From: Pecten maximus
Taxonomy: Eukaryota
Direction of reading: 5' to 3'
Assembly (NCBI RefSeq): GCF_902652985.1
Contig: NC_047028.1
Coordinates: forward strand, 24,366,001 to 24,430,000
Length of the DNA stretch: 64,000 bases
A program made the position numbers and the translations under genes. The notes under the pieces were generated by a model, which saw only the letters and a program-made list of their open reading frames with translations, ran no database searches and had not been told where the DNA came from. Of the stretch, positions 38,672 to 52,767 are shown piece by piece (within the stretch, counting starts at the first letter, position 1; every line of letters begins with the position of its first letter).

Positions 38672-41600
38672 TTATAATTTTGCATTCTGTTGTGCCTCTT
38701 TCTGCTTGGAATAGACACCCCTAACTCTTTTCACAATCTTGTTGGCATCTTCAAAATGTGGAGCGGTTCTTTCTTTGACGCGATCTACCCAAGCTTTTAC
38801 CGCAGAATTTGACTCGTAGATGTTCTCCTCACAGCAAGCATATAGCTGCATCAATTCACAGACCCCGAGCAAGTCTGCCACGGATATGTCTGAACCACAC
38901 AGGAATTTCTGTTTATTGTCTTTCAGAAAATAATTTTCAAGATGGGCTATAACAGTTTCTAACCTGTTCTTTGCATTATCTACCATAGGCCACTGTATGG
39001 GAGCTCGCATTGCCCTGGGTATAATCACCTAAAAGAAAGAAATATTGTTATTTTACTCACAGGGACTTGACACAAATTCTCAACCAACAGTCCATATATA
39101 CAGTTATGTCACAGGGACTTGACGCAAATTATCAACCAACAGTCCATATATACAGTTATGTCACAGGGACCTGACACAAATTCTCAACCAACAGTCCATA
39201 TATAGAGGATATCTAACAGTGTCTTCAGTAATACCAAATATATTTCACGAGTGGGGCTAATACTGTACTTTGATATTTTTCACGAGTGCGCAGCACGAGT
39301 GAAAAATATCAAAATATTAGCCACACGAGTGAAATATATTTGGTATTACTGAAGACACTGTTAGATATTCTGTTTATTACATTTTTTATCAACGAAAACC
39401 CTACCCCGTATGCTACCTAGGCCAGCAGCGATAATTTGTAAACAAAAAAAGTAGTTTCCCCTGTCCAGGTGCTGACATATATGTCGAGCGTTCTGATTGG
39501 TCAATTATTTTGGTATTTTCTAATCATTAATTTGATTGGTCAAATCAACAAAAGTGATATTTTTCACTAGTGAAAAATATGATATTTGTTACTAGTGAAA
39601 AATATCACTTTTATAGAATGAATAATTTTTGATATTTCACTGGTAAAAATGTAATAAATACAGTTATGTCACAGGGACTTGGCACAAAATCCCAACTTCA
39701 GTCAATATATTTATATACATGTATACAGGTATCACAGGGATTCTACACAACTTCCCAGATCATGATCCATATGTATTTATAGGTATATTGAATGAATCTT
39801 ATACATGGGTGTACTTGGGTGTTGGGTCTTTGAGCCACATCCCTGTGAGTCAATATACAGAATACATGTGTCTGGTATATACATGTACATGTATTGCATT
39901 CTCTAAAATTATAAGGCCCAATGGGCCCGCATCATACATTTTCATTTTCATTGTAAATCTGTCAAGAAGATAACAAATAATAATGGAACTAGCAAATAAA
40001 AAATGCCGGTGTTAATGATTTTAACAACAGAAATCTATATACATACACAGTAAGTAGCCTTTAGATTTTACAAAAAATTAACATATCTCAGTAAAGTACC
40101 TCGGTAACAGGTCCTGGTACTAACAATTTCTAAGTGTTCAAATTACATTTAAACAAAAACAAGTAAGAATTTCGAGAAAAATACCCCTGGAGTAAAACTT
40201 TAATTATGATTTACAAAACAAAAAGACTGCAAGGATATGTGTTTTTAGACAGATAGAGGGATAATTAGTTCTTGCAGGCCAGTGACACACAGTTACGCAT
40301 ACTAACCAGCTGTTGGAACACCATGCCACAATTGTAGCGAGTGTTTATATGTTGATAGTTCATGTACTCATCGACCCTGGCCTGAGCTTTGAGGTCCCGT
40401 GGATACCAGTGGTCAGGGACATTGTACTTCAAGGCCAGGTACTTCAGGATGGCAACACTGCAGAAAAAAATGTTACATGCAACTGTATAGTCAGTCAAAC
40501 TCATTAACACCATCTACTGAAAAAATATAAAAAGGGCCATAACTCTGTTATAAAGTTGCATCATTTAGGGGTTCTCATTCAATACACTTGCAAACAAGCA
40601 TAACATCTGATGCTACATTACACCTAAAGTAAAGATGCTGTATCTCCAGCAAAGATTAATTAAGATCTCTCGAAAACAAGAACGATGTTGTAGATTTTTC
40701 AGTGATGGGAATTGGTTTCACTTTCAGAATCAATAATCAGATAGATGAAATTGACCAATTGCCCGGCATCGATTATAATTGTTTTTCTAAATTTAACACA
40801 GAATTGACCTTTTGAGAGAAAATTTATGTACATCTCAAGTACATTTATTACATGTCTAAGCCTTTGTTATCAATATTTTTAATACTGAACACAAACAAAG
40901 CATTTAATGGTTGTTGACATATCTAAATCTCCTTAATCACTTGTAATTGACCTATGAACATCTCATTATGTAAAATGTAAGATCAACTACTTCTTGGTTC
41001 GGTTATATTACAAAATACAATATGAAGCCAAAGATTTCAGAAATTATGATTGCCCTTTCACAATCATCTTCGAAAATAGTTTTTTTTTTTTTTTTTACCG
41101 ATTTCCGATAATTTTAAATCATTGGCCCACTGCTAATATTTTTTGTACACTAACCAAAGTTACATAGATAAGATGCTAATACAACCCTCCCAAAGTCTGA
41201 ATTTCTCTTTTTCTCTTTTAAATTTAAAGTGAATTGTTAATTGCACCCCAAAGAAATTCTATCTCTGGTAAGTAAATATCCATACCTCTCCGTCAACACA
41301 AATCCATCATCATCAATCACAGGCACCAAGCTCATGGGATTTAATTTCTTGAACTCATCTGTATGATGTTCTCCTGTAATAAACATATTTTGGGTGAATA
41401 TTCACAAAAAAAATACACAACAGATCCTTACAAATATGCCATGGCATGGCGAACTCATAATGTCAACTATACCTATAATTTTTTACATTGACCAGATATC
41501 TGCATTAATATCATTTAACTCCATATTAAAAGTTGATGTGGAATATTGAAAAAAATCTCATTTTAGGAGTCAAAAACATTCTTTATATGTAAAATGCACC

Positions 41601-42499
41601 AGGCTATAGTATCCACAGCAATACAGTACAGGTCGGATACAAACTTACCTATTAACCTATTATACGCAAAATGAGGTAAAGCTGTGTTACCGAAAACCGC
41701 CAAAATCACCTCAAAACTTCACTTTTTAAAAAAATCTTATCAAACATCAAACAAATGCCATAATAAAATTTATTTAAATGTGGGAAAGTATAAAAAAATC
41801 ATGCAATACTTCTATAGCAAGAATCGCTTTAACAGGAAATTTTGCAATAAATTATTCAAAGACATAATAATTCATAAGGTAAATAATATTTTACTAAAAG
41901 ATGTTTAATTAATGAAAGCGGTGGCTACCTATAAACTTGATGTTGCTCTACCGGAAGCACAGGGATTTGTTATGAATATCCAACCAACTGTCCATATAAA
42001 TATATTATAGATTGGAATTCTTGCGTAGTCCCTGTGTTTTTATGAGAGAGTAACACGTAAAGTTTACTTTCTCCTACTTGAACAGAAGTACTTGCAGGTA
42101 CATTGTACTGTATGTATAGTCAAAAGTGACAAATGCTTTTGAGCACCAGTGTATCAGAAAATATCCTTTTCAAACACAACTATTGAAAACAGATAATGAA
42201 CATTTGTTTTCATTTATATGCCATCGTTTTCATTATTGTATATGTACTCGAGACTCGGTCGTGATCAAGGTCCAAAACTCCTTGCATGAAAGTTCAAGAA
42301 TTATGACGCCGGTATGACATACAAATATCAGGTTATAGATCACAACTTTTGGGTGTCACGAAACAAAAGCAACGCGATCAGACTTACCACTCCTAAGTGC
42401 AACTGGTTTTGGTACAAACGGAATATTGTTCATCTTTAAAAAGATGTAAACAGCCCGAGAAGGCTGAGACATCAAATCGAAATAATACTTCAACGCCAT
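38672..42499 (-). CDS. GSTT1: Glutathione S-transferase theta class, paralogue 1; exons 42388-42499, 41286-41373, 40307-40457, 38672-39028; 235 aa
   Basis: MALKYYFDLMSQPSRAVYIFLKMNNIPF...ALRSG|EHHTDEFKKLNPMSLVPVIDDDGFVLTES|VAILKYLALKYNVPDHWYPRDLKAQARVDEY...|...FLCGSDISVADLLGVCELMQ. Catalytic Ser in the SQP motif; GT-AG junctions in phase (112/88/151/357 bp). The symbol denotes class, not strict orthology. Confidence 0.95.
39205..39660 (+). mobile_element. Hairpin-rich non-autonomous element inserted into the 52-bp intronic minisatellite of GST paralogue 1
   Basis: Absent from the equivalent intron of paralogue 2; ~80-bp-arm palindrome at 39208-39370; second palindrome gtgatatttttcactagtgaaaaatat; related copy at 7778-7937. 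Confidence 0.8.
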
Positions 42500-45400
42500 G
42501 TTTGGGATGTACTAATTATAGACAGTATCACGGGATAAAATGTCCGGAAAGTTGAATGATAAACTTTACCATGACCGGAAATGACATTTAAATATTGTGG
42601 AAGTATAGAATAAAATTCATTAAAAAAAAATACAATTAGATATTGCACTGTATAAATGATCAGAATAGTTAAGACATAGTATTATATACATATAATGTAA
42701 GGGGTATTTCAATAATTTAATTGTACTTGTTGATGGAGACCACTTTAAAAAAAAAGTTTGGCAACATATTTCCCCTAGTAACTATTTTACCTACTGTATG
42801 TAGCGGTTCCGTTGTCACCACCCTCACTCTCATTTTTAGGATATGTGACTCCACCCGGGTTTGACCTAGATTAGTATTGGTTGTTATATATACGACAAAT
42901 GTGTGTTTATCACATATATATTTTTTATTAACCATCAAGCGTGTACCGTCTTTTTAGTTTAAACAATATTTTATTCATTAATCAAAATAAAAAGCAAAAA
43001 CAAAAACAAATAAAAACAATCCACTATCATCATTGTTCAGGATACCAACCATTATATTTTACAGTACATCTGAAATTCCTTTCCATACCGTCTTTTTATG
43101 TTAGAATATTGTTCCGTAATTGTGTCCGTCCATCACCAGAAGTTGTTTTTATGTTTAGTTGAAAAGGAGGCAGCACGTGTTCGACATTACACAGCCAAGC
43201 GATCCCCAACACCAAATGGTCTCGATACAAATCTGTATAAGTGTGCTCTCGTTCCTTTGCCATATCTCTTATTTTGAACAGAGGACGCTTATCACTCAGG
43301 AGCATATGGTCTTATTCTCCTGGTACTTTCTCAAGGGTCTCAATGCAAATCAAGATTTTTTTTGTGTTCGTACTTCCCCTCGACTTTTACTCAGAAATTA
43401 GTGTCGATATTCCCCCTTGTTGCAAAATATAGCGCCCAACAATTCCAACTGTCACTGGAAAAACGAAAAAAAAAGGCAAAATCAAAAACAAAACAAATAA
43501 AAAAATCCACTATCGTCATTGTTTAGAATACCACCCATTATCCTACATCTGAAATTCCGTGATATCTCTTCAAACCACCTACTGGAAATCTTTCGTCTGC
43601 CACATCCCTCCCTCTGACCCCTTCTGTCTCTCACCACTCACTGAATCCGTCATACGCTCTTTGTTTTCTCTCCAAGACTCCAAGACCGCAACTGGCGAAG
43701 TGTATCCAATCGGTACCGTAGTGACCTACCAATTATTTAGGCACCACAGGAGACTTTGTAATAGTTTCCAACAAACATAACAACGAATCTATCTAGAATG
43801 AGCTACATTTCATGTGGACAAGGCGTTAAAATGGTACCTGCTACCTCCATTGCAGCATGATCGTAAGAGGCGACTAAATCTGATATATTATTTTTCGGCA
43901 TAGCTGTCTAATTTTCTTTTGGCCCCGGATATGACGCGACAGGTGGCGTTCTGGTCAAGATGAAGTATGTGATAGTATATAGGTCTCTGGTCAATGTAGC
44001 GGTCAATGCAAAATGCAGATATATCTTTCTAGATTCTGCCTACAATTTGATTTTTTTTGAAGTGGTTAATGTGAGCCATTGGAAAAGTAGCCGAAAGAAA
44101 GTATTTATGTAGGTTTTTTGTAGTGTCTTGGTCCAATTTTATTGTAAATCACTGCATGCAACATATATACAGGCTCCGAGGAAAAAATGATAGCGTCTGT
44201 AATAAACTATAGTGTACGTTTTCAATCTGGGCCCAGTTGTTCAAAAGGTGATTAGTGAAAATCCCATTTCTCCTTTACTTCAAATCATATGTGTGTATAT
44301 CCTTCAAAATCAGCAGATATGAAGAGACTGATTGATACATTGTAGGTGTTATAGTTTAAGAAAATTTTGTCAAAAGTTTTACCAGAAATTATTTTGTCAG
44401 GATTTTAATATTGTTGTTAAACTGTGATTAGCCTAATCACCTTTTGAACAACTGGGCCCTGATCTTAGGATTGTGTTTATTTGTTTTCTTTACGTCATTG
44501 AAACAGTAATGGTCATCTGATATAGCGCCTTCACACCAAAATGCCATATATGGACATGACTGCATCAGTCACCTTAAACTGAAAACGACTTAAAAGATCT
44601 TTTAACCAGCTTTAAATCTGAAAAACAAGAGTATCATGTAGAGGGAACACAATGTTTAAGGTGCTTTGTAATAAGGTATTTTTGGGGTATGTTTCGGGGT
44701 ATTTTGGGGTGTTTTGGGATATTTTTTTGTATTAATGAGTATTTCGGGGTATTTTGGGGTGTTTTGGGATATTTTTTTGTATTAATGAGTATTTGGGGTA
44801 TTTCTAGGTGTAATCAGGTATTTTTGGGGTATGGTTCGGGGTATTTTGGGGGTGTCTTGGAATGTTTTTTAGGTGTTAATGAGTATTTAGGGATAGTTCT
44901 AGGTGCTATCAGGTATTTCTTGGTGTTGTAAGGTATTCTCTAGAGTGTTTTGTGATATTTCTAGATGTTATCGGGTATTTGGGGCTATTTCTAGGTGTTA
45001 TGGGTATTATAGGGGTATTTTTAGGTGATATTTGGTGTATTTGAGGATAGTTCTAAATGTTATGGGGAATTTGGGTATTTCTTGGTGTTGTAAGGTATTC
45101 TCTAGAGTGTTTTGTGATATTTCTAGATGTTATCGGGTATTTGGGGGTATTTCTAGGTGTTATGGGTATTATAGGGGTATTTTTAGGTGATATTTGGTAT
45201 TTTGGTGAATTTGAGGATAGTTCTAAATGTTATGGGGAATTTGGGTATTTCTTGGTGTTGTAAGGTATTTTCTGGAGTGTTTTGTGATATTTCTAGATGT
45301 TATCGGATATTTGGGGGTATTTCTAGGTGTCATGGGTATTTGGGGGTATTTCTCGGTGTTATGGGTATTTCAGGGGTATTTCTAGGTGTTATGGGTATTT

Positions 45401-46135
45401 GGGACCATTTCTAGGTGTTATGGGTATTTGGGACTATTTCTAGGTGTTATGGGTATTTTGGATGTACAATACAAGGGAGGTAACTCGTACCAGATTGTTG
45501 ATTTAAATTTTTTATTTTTCATAAATTTTGAATAAATAGCTGAAGGCCCTAGCACTATTATCTTATTTTGTGTTAAAATGACTTACAAAAAAGTGAAATC
45601 TGCTTGGTATTTTTATTTAAATTTAATCATTACAATTCATGCAACATGTCTAATGTATATAACAATTAAAAATCAACAAATCAAAAAATAAATTTAAGAT
45701 ACACATACATTTGCCCGTTGAAAAATTCGACATATTGTCAAATTTTCTTAAATGATATACCTCTGTTGAAAAAGGCAACAAATAATATTTCGAGAAAGCC
45801 TGGTTGGGCTTAAACAACTACCAGTAGTTAAAATTTAACAATTTTTTTTGGTAAATTTTGAATATATATATAATGTAATTTTATTACACTTAAAATGTCT
45901 TTTATTCTTAATGCTAATTACAATACAAAGATTATGAAAACAATATGAATTTGATTGAATCAGTCTGATTTGTAAAATTATAAGTAATATCAAATATCTC
46001 ATCTGGTTAAATAAAGTCAAAGTTTTACTTAACAAAGCTTTGCTTAAAGGTCCATATGCTTCAGCCTTGAACTCTTTTATGTAGAAATATTTTGTTAACC
46101 CCAGTTATTTTTCCATATCCCTAACTTCAGCATAA

Positions 46136-49100
46136 TTATAATTTTGCATTCTGTTGTGCCTCTTTCTGCTTGGAATAGACACCCCTAACTCTTTGCACAA
46201 TCTTGTTGGCATCATCAAAATGTGGAGCGGTTCTTTCTTTGACGCGATCTACCCAAGCTTTTACCGCAGAATTTGACTCGTAGATGTTCTCCTCACAGCA
46301 AGCATTGAGCTGCATCAATTCACAGACCCCGAGCAAGTCTGCCACGGATATGTCTGAACCACACAGGAATTTCTGTTTATTGTCTTTCAGAAAATAATTT
46401 TCAAGATGGGCTATAACAGTTTCTAACCTGTTCTTTGCATTATCTACCATTGGCCACTGTATTGGAGCTCGCATTGCCCTGGGTATAATCACCTAAAAGA
46501 AAGAAATATTGTTATTTTACTTACAGGGACTTGACGCAAATTCTCAACCAACAATCCATATACAATGTATACAGTTATGTCACAGGGACTTGACACAAAT
46601 TCTCAACCAACAGTCCATATATATAGTTATGTCACAGGGACTTGGCACAAATTCTCAACCAACAGTCCATATATACAGTTATGTCACAGGGACTTGACAC
46701 AAATTCTCAACCAACAGTCCATATATACAGTTATGTCACAGGGACTTGACACAAATTCTCAACCAACAGTCCATATATAGTTATGTCACAGGGACTTGAC
46801 ACAAATTCTCAACCAACAGTCCATATATAGTTATGTCACAGGGACTTGACACAAAATCCCAACTTCAGTTAATATATTTATATACATGTATACAGGTTAT
46901 GTATCACAGGGATTCTACACAAGTTCCCAGCTCATGATCCATATGTATTTATAGGTATATTGAATGAATCTTATACATGAGTGTACTTGGGTGTTGGGTC
47001 TTTGAGCCACATCCCTGTGAGTCAATATACAGAATACATGTGTCTTGTATACATTGCATTCTCTAAAATTGAAAGGCCCAATGGGCCCGCATCACACATC
47101 TTCATTTTCATTGTAAATCTGTCAAGAATATAACAAATAATGATGGAACTAACAAATAAAACATGCAGATGTAAATTATTTTGAGAACAATCTATATATT
47201 TACGCACAGTAAGTAACCTTTAGATTTTACAAAAAATTAACATATCTCAATAAAGTACCTCAGTAACAAGTCCTGGTACTAACAATTTTTCAAATTACAT
47301 TTATACAAAAACAAGTAAGAATTTTCTTTTCAGAAAAATACTACTGGAGTAAAACTTTAATTATGAATTATAAAACAAAAAGACTGCAAGGATATGTGTT
47401 TTTAAACAGATAGAGGGATAATCAGCTCTTGCAGGCTTTGGTTTGTTTGGATTGTTTTTGTTTAGCGTCCTATTAACAGCCAGGGTCATTTAAGGACATG
47501 CCAGGTTTTGGAGGTGGAGGAAAGCCGGAGTACCCGGAGAAAAACCACCGGCCTACACTCAGTACCTGGCAACTGCTCCACGTAGGTTTCGAACTCGCAA
47601 CCAAGAGGTGGAGGGCTAGTGATAAAGTGTCGGGACACCTTAACCACTCCGCCACTGCGGCCCCTTTTTTCTTGCAGACCAGTGACACACAGTTACGCAT
47701 ACTAACCAGCTGTTGGAACACCATGCTACAATTGTAGCGAGTGTTTATATGTTGATAGTTCATGTACTCATCGACCCTGGCCTGAGCTTTGAGGTCCCGT
47801 GGATACCAGTGGTCAGGGACATTGTACTTCAAGGCCAGGTACTTCAGAATGGCAACACTGCAGAAGAAAATGTTACATGCAACTGTATAGTGAGTCAAAC
47901 TCATTAACACCATCTACTGAAAAAATATAAAAAGGGCCATAACTCTGCTATAAAGCTGCATCATTTAGGGGTTCTCATTCAATACACTTGCAAACAAGCA
48001 TACCATATGATGCTACATTACACCTAAAGATGCTGTATCTCCAGCAAAGATTAATTAAGATCTCTTGAAAATAAGAACAACATTGTATATTTTTCAGTGA
48101 TGGGAACCGGTTTCACTTTCAGAATCAATAATCAGATAAACAAATTTTAAAATTGACCAATTACCAGGCATCGATTATAATTGTTTTTCTAAATTCAATA
48201 CAGAATTGCCTTCTGTAGAAAATATATGTACATCTCAAGTACATTTATTACATGTCTTTGCGTTTGTTATCAATATCTTTTAATACTGTACACAAACAAA
48301 GCATTTAAAGAGGCTTACCCGCAGACGGACCGGTAAACGGCACATCTCCGATCACTAAATAAACTTCAGTACACGTTTCTATGTGAAAAAATTAGAGGCT
48401 TTCCGACTTTATTTCTTGAAAACAATTACAGAATATGTATTTAAAAGACGTTTTAAAACTCAACCTGAGAGGGAAATGTACGGAATATAACGACAAATCT
48501 TCTTTGTAAATCGCCGCTGCCTTTGAAGTTATCACTGTGCGGCACTGTGCACGTGCTTGTTTCTTTGATGTGTCAATCAAATTATTGCGGGTTGCGATTA
48601 AATAAATAATATTTAAAAATGAGGTTTTAATATCACTTTTCAGCGTTTTATAAGGAAAATGAAATGAAAAACTCAACAATTCCAACAATCTGTCATGTGT
48701 AAAAAATCTTTTTCTATTAGCCAATTTTTCTGATCTCTCTGCGGGCAAGCCTCTTTAATGGTTGTTAATATATCTTAATCTCCTTAATCACTTGTAATTG
48801 ACCTATGAATATAGCATTATGTAAAATGTAAGATCAACTACTTCTTGGTTCGGTAATATTACAAAATACAATATGAAGCCAAAGAAATTCTGATTGCCCT
48901 TTCAAAATCATCTTCGAAGATAGGGTTGGTTTTCTTTTTGACCGATTTCCGATGATTTTCAATCATTGGCCCACTGCTAATATTTTTTGTACACTAACCA
49001 AAGTTACATAGATAAGATGCTAATACAACCCGCCCAAAGTCTGAATTTCTCTTTTTCTCTTTTGAATTTAAAGTGAATAGTTAATTGAACCCCAAAGAAA

Positions 49101-52100
49101 TTCTATCGTGCTCTGGTAAGTAAATTTCCATACCTCTCCGTCAACACAAATCCATCATCATCAATCACAGGCACCAAGCTCATGGGATTTAATTTCTTGA
49201 ACTCATCTGTATGATGCTCTCCTGTAGTAAACGTATTTTGGGTGAATATTCACCAAAAAAATACACAACAGATCCTTACAAATATGCCATGGCATGGCGA
49301 ACTCATAATGTCAACTATACTTATAATTTCTTTACATTGACCAGATATCTGCATTAATATCATTTAACTCCATATTAAAAGTTGATGTGGAATATTGAAA
49401 AAAATCTCATTTTAGGAGTCAAAAACATTCTTTATATGTAAAATGCACCAGGCTATAGTATCCACAGCAATACAGTACAGGTCGGATGCAAACTTTTTGT
49501 ACCTATTATACGCAAAGTGAGGTAAAGCTGGGTTACCAAAAATCGCCAAAATCACCTCAAAACTTCACTTTTTAAACAAGAGGCCCATGGGGCCTGTATC
49601 ACTCACCTGGTTGGATTAGACCAAATGTCAAAATAATGTTCATGTTCAATTCGTTTTATTTGTCAATCTCAAACAATGCTATATATGGTTATGGTGTGGG
49701 GATCCCAACTGCTTTAAAGAAATGACGAAGTCTAGACTCTCTATGGGTCTGAAAGACCTCAAGAATTGTTTTTAGAACATCCATTCATAACTTTATGACT
49801 AGTAGCGATTTAAAGGAATTACCTCTATTTACCCTATGGGGCCCCGTCCCTTTGGCCCATCAGGGGTCAGTCACCATTTGTGCAAAATCAGTTCCCCTTC
49901 CCCCAAGGATGTTTCTGACTAAATTGGGTTCAAAACCATTCATAACTTTTTGACTAGTAGAGATTTGAAGGCATTACCTCTATTTTCCCTATGGGGCCCG
50001 CCTCTTTGGCCCCTCAGGGTCAGAGTCACCATTTATGCAAAATCTGTTCCCCTTCCCCCAATGATGTTTTTTCACTAAATTGGGTTCAAATCCCTTCATA
50101 ACTTTATGACTAGTAGCGATTTAAAAGAATTACCTCTATTTCCCCTATTGGGCCACGTCCCTTTAGCCCCTCGGGGGTCAGAGTCACCATTTATGCAAAA
50201 TCTGTTCCCCTTCCCCCAATGATGTTTCTCACTAAATTGGGTTCAAATCCCTTCATAACTTTATGACTAGTAGCGATTTAAAAGAATTATCTCTATTTCC
50301 CCTATTGGGCCATGCCCCTTTGGCCCCTCGGGGGTCAGAGTCACCATTTATGCAAAATCTGTTCCCCTTCCCCAAAGGATGTTTCTGACTTAATTGGGTT
50401 CAAATCCTTTCATAACTTTATGACTAGTAGCGATTTAAAGAATTACCTCTATTTCCCCTATTGGGCCCCGCCCCTTTGGCCCCTTAGGGGTCAGAGTCAC
50501 CATTTATGCAAAATCTGTTCCCCTTCCTCCAAGAATGTTTCTGACCAAATTTGGTTCAAATCCATTTATAACTTTATGACTAGTAGCGATTTAAAGGAAT
50601 TACTTCTATTTCCTTATTAGGCCACGACCCTTTGGCCCCTTGGGGGTCAGAGTCACCGTTTATGCAAAATCTGTTCCCCTTCCCCAAAGGATGTTTCTGA
50701 TCAAATTGAGTTCAAATCCATTCATAACTTTATGACTAGTAGTGATTTAAAGTGGTGGAATATTTAACTGTTGAGACCAAAAACATTCACCAACAGAATA
50801 TGTTTAACTTCGAATGCAAAACAAATACATGAAAACAAAAAACAACTAAGAAATAAAGAATAATATATACATACTTTGTCTCTTATCGTCATCTTGTCGG
50901 TAATTCCAGCCTCTTGTCGGTAGATCTATTTTTCTTGTTGGCTCAATATTACCTGTTGCCAACATTGCATTAGACCACAAAACAATCCAAAATAAAAATA
51001 TAAACAAATCAAACATTGTGATCATAAATAAATTAAAAAGCAACTATTTTGTATTTCATTTTCTTTCCTATCGGCTTCTTGTCGGTAATTCCAGCCTCTT
51101 GTCGGTAAATCAGCTTTTCTTTTCGGCTCAATTACCTGTCGCCAACATTAGATTACATTAGACCACAAAACAATCCAAATAGATAATAAATAACTAATAA
51201 ATAACCAAATCAAACATAGAATTGGTAAATAAAATGCGTTTTATATCTTTTATTATCTTTCTTGTCGGTAATTCCATCCTCTTGTCGGTAGATCTATTTT
51301 TCTTGTCGGCTCAATTTTCCCTGTCACCACCATTGTATCAGACACCACAAAACAATCAAAAATAGAAAAAAAAAAAAAAAAAAAGAAAAAAAAGCATATC
51401 AAACATTGTATTAATAAATAAATTAAAAAAGCAACTAGAATCTACTTTGTATTTCATTTTCTATCTTATCGGCTTCTTGTCGTTAATTCAAGCCTCTTGT
51501 CGGTAGATCTATTCTTCTTGTCGGCTCAATATTACCTGTCACAACCATTATTTCAGACCACAAAATATTCCTAAATAAAAAAAATCAACAAATCTTACAT
51601 TGTATTAATAAATAAAAACTATTTTATCTCTCATTTCCTTTCTTGTCGGCTTCTTGTCGGTAATTCTAGTTTCTTGTCGGCTCTTGTCGGCTCTTGTCGG
51701 TAACTAGTGAGACCCGATGTTTCTGACTAAATTTGGTTCAAATCCATTCATAACTTTATGACAAGTAGCGATTTAAAGGAATTGCCTCAATTTCCCCTAT
51801 TGGGCCCCGCCCCTCAGGCCCCTTGGGGGTCAGAGTCACCATTTATGCAAAATCTGATCCCCTTCCGTCAAGGATGTTTCTGACTAAATTTGGTCAAAAT
51901 CCAATAAGAACTTTTTGACTAGTAGTGATTTGAAGCAAATGTTGACGGACGGAAGACGGACGTTGCACCATGGCATAAGCTCACCGGACCTTTGGTCCAG
52001 GTGAGCTAAAAAATCTTATCAAACATCAAACAAATGCCATAATAAAATTTATTTAAATGTGAGAAAGTATCAAAAATAATGCAATACTTCTATAGCAAGA

Positions 52101-52767
52101 ATCGCTTTAACAGGAAATTTTGCAATAAATTATTCAAAGACATAATAATTCATAAGTTAAATAATATTTTACTAAATTTTAAAAGATGTTTAATTAATGA
52201 AAGCGGTGGCTACCTATAAACTTGATGTTGCTCTACCGGAAGCACAGGGATTTGTTATGAATATCCAGCCAACTGTCCATATAAATATATTATAGATTGG
52301 AATTCTTGCGTAGTCCCTGTGTTTTTATGAGAGAGTAACACGTAAAGTTTACTTTCCCCTACTTGAAGTACTTGCAGGTATGTATAGTCAAAAGTGACAA
52401 ATGCTTTTGAGCACCAGTGAATCAGAAAATATCCTTTTCAAACACAACTATTGAAAACAGATAATGAACATTTGTTTTCATTTATATGCCATCGTTTTCA
52501 TTACTGTATATGTACTCGAGACTCGGTCGTGATCAAGGTCCAAAACTCCTTGCCTGAAAGTTCAAGAATTATGACGCCGGTATCACATACAAATATCAGG
52601 TTATAGATCACAACTTTTGGGTGTCATGAAACAAAAGCAACGCAATCAGACTTACCACTCCTAAGTGCAACTGGTTTTGGTACAAACGGAATATTGTTCA
52701 TCTTTAAAAAGATGTAAACAGCCCGAGAAGGCTGAGACATCAAATCGAAATAATACTTCAACGCCAT
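46136..52767 (-). CDS. GSTT1: Glutathione S-transferase theta class, paralogue 2; exons 52656-52767, 49134-49221, 47707-47857, 46136-46492; 235 aa
   Basis: Same exon sizes and splice sites as paralogue 1; intact frame; 4 amino-acid differences seen. Confidence 0.94.
46520..46856. repeat. ~52-bp intronic minisatellite (cagttatgtcacagggacttgacacaaattctcaaccaacagtccatatata), ~6.5 units; paralogue at 39058-39690
   Basis: Direct inspection. Confidence 0.9.
47436..47664 (-). mobile_element. Full-length tRNA-derived SINE with a V-domain-like core, in GST paralogue 2 intron 3
   Basis: GGGGCCGCAGTGGCGGAGTGGTTAAG (A box), GAGTTCGAAACC (B box), GGTTTTTCTCCGGGTACTCCGGCTTTCCTCC core, AAAC-rich tail; TSD tcttgcag; empty site at ~40270. 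Confidence 0.9.
48309..48754. mobile_element. TTAA-flanked MITE (Kolobok-like AG...CT termini) in GST paralogue 2 intron 2
   Basis: ttaa|agaggcttacccgcaga ... tctgcgggcaagcctct|ttaa; empty site gcatttaatgg at ~40900. Confidence 0.9.
49574..52007 (+). mobile_element. Non-autonomous Helentron-type (HINE/DINE/pearl-like) element with ~156-bp internal tandem repeats and a nested insertion
   Basis: Starts aacaagaggcccatggggcc...ctcacctgg; ~7 core repeats; (gacg)n microsatellite; terminal hairpin agctcaccggacctttggtccaggtgagct; inserted at a TTT/AAA junction; empty site at ~41725. Confidence 0.85.
50755..51716. mobile_element. Unclassified element nested in the Helentron core, built of cttgtcgg-rich ~200 bp repeats
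   Basis: Interrupts a core repeat; more than 15 cttgtcgg-type motifs; ends ...taactagtgagacccg. Confidence 0.6.

Noticed and set aside
47590-47664. Functional tRNA gene
   Set aside because: A and B boxes are present but belong to a SINE with core, tail and TSD that is absent from the paralogous intron
47473-47913. 146-aa ORF extending GST exon 3
   Set aside because: Read-through into the intron and SINE past the GTTAGT donor at 47706
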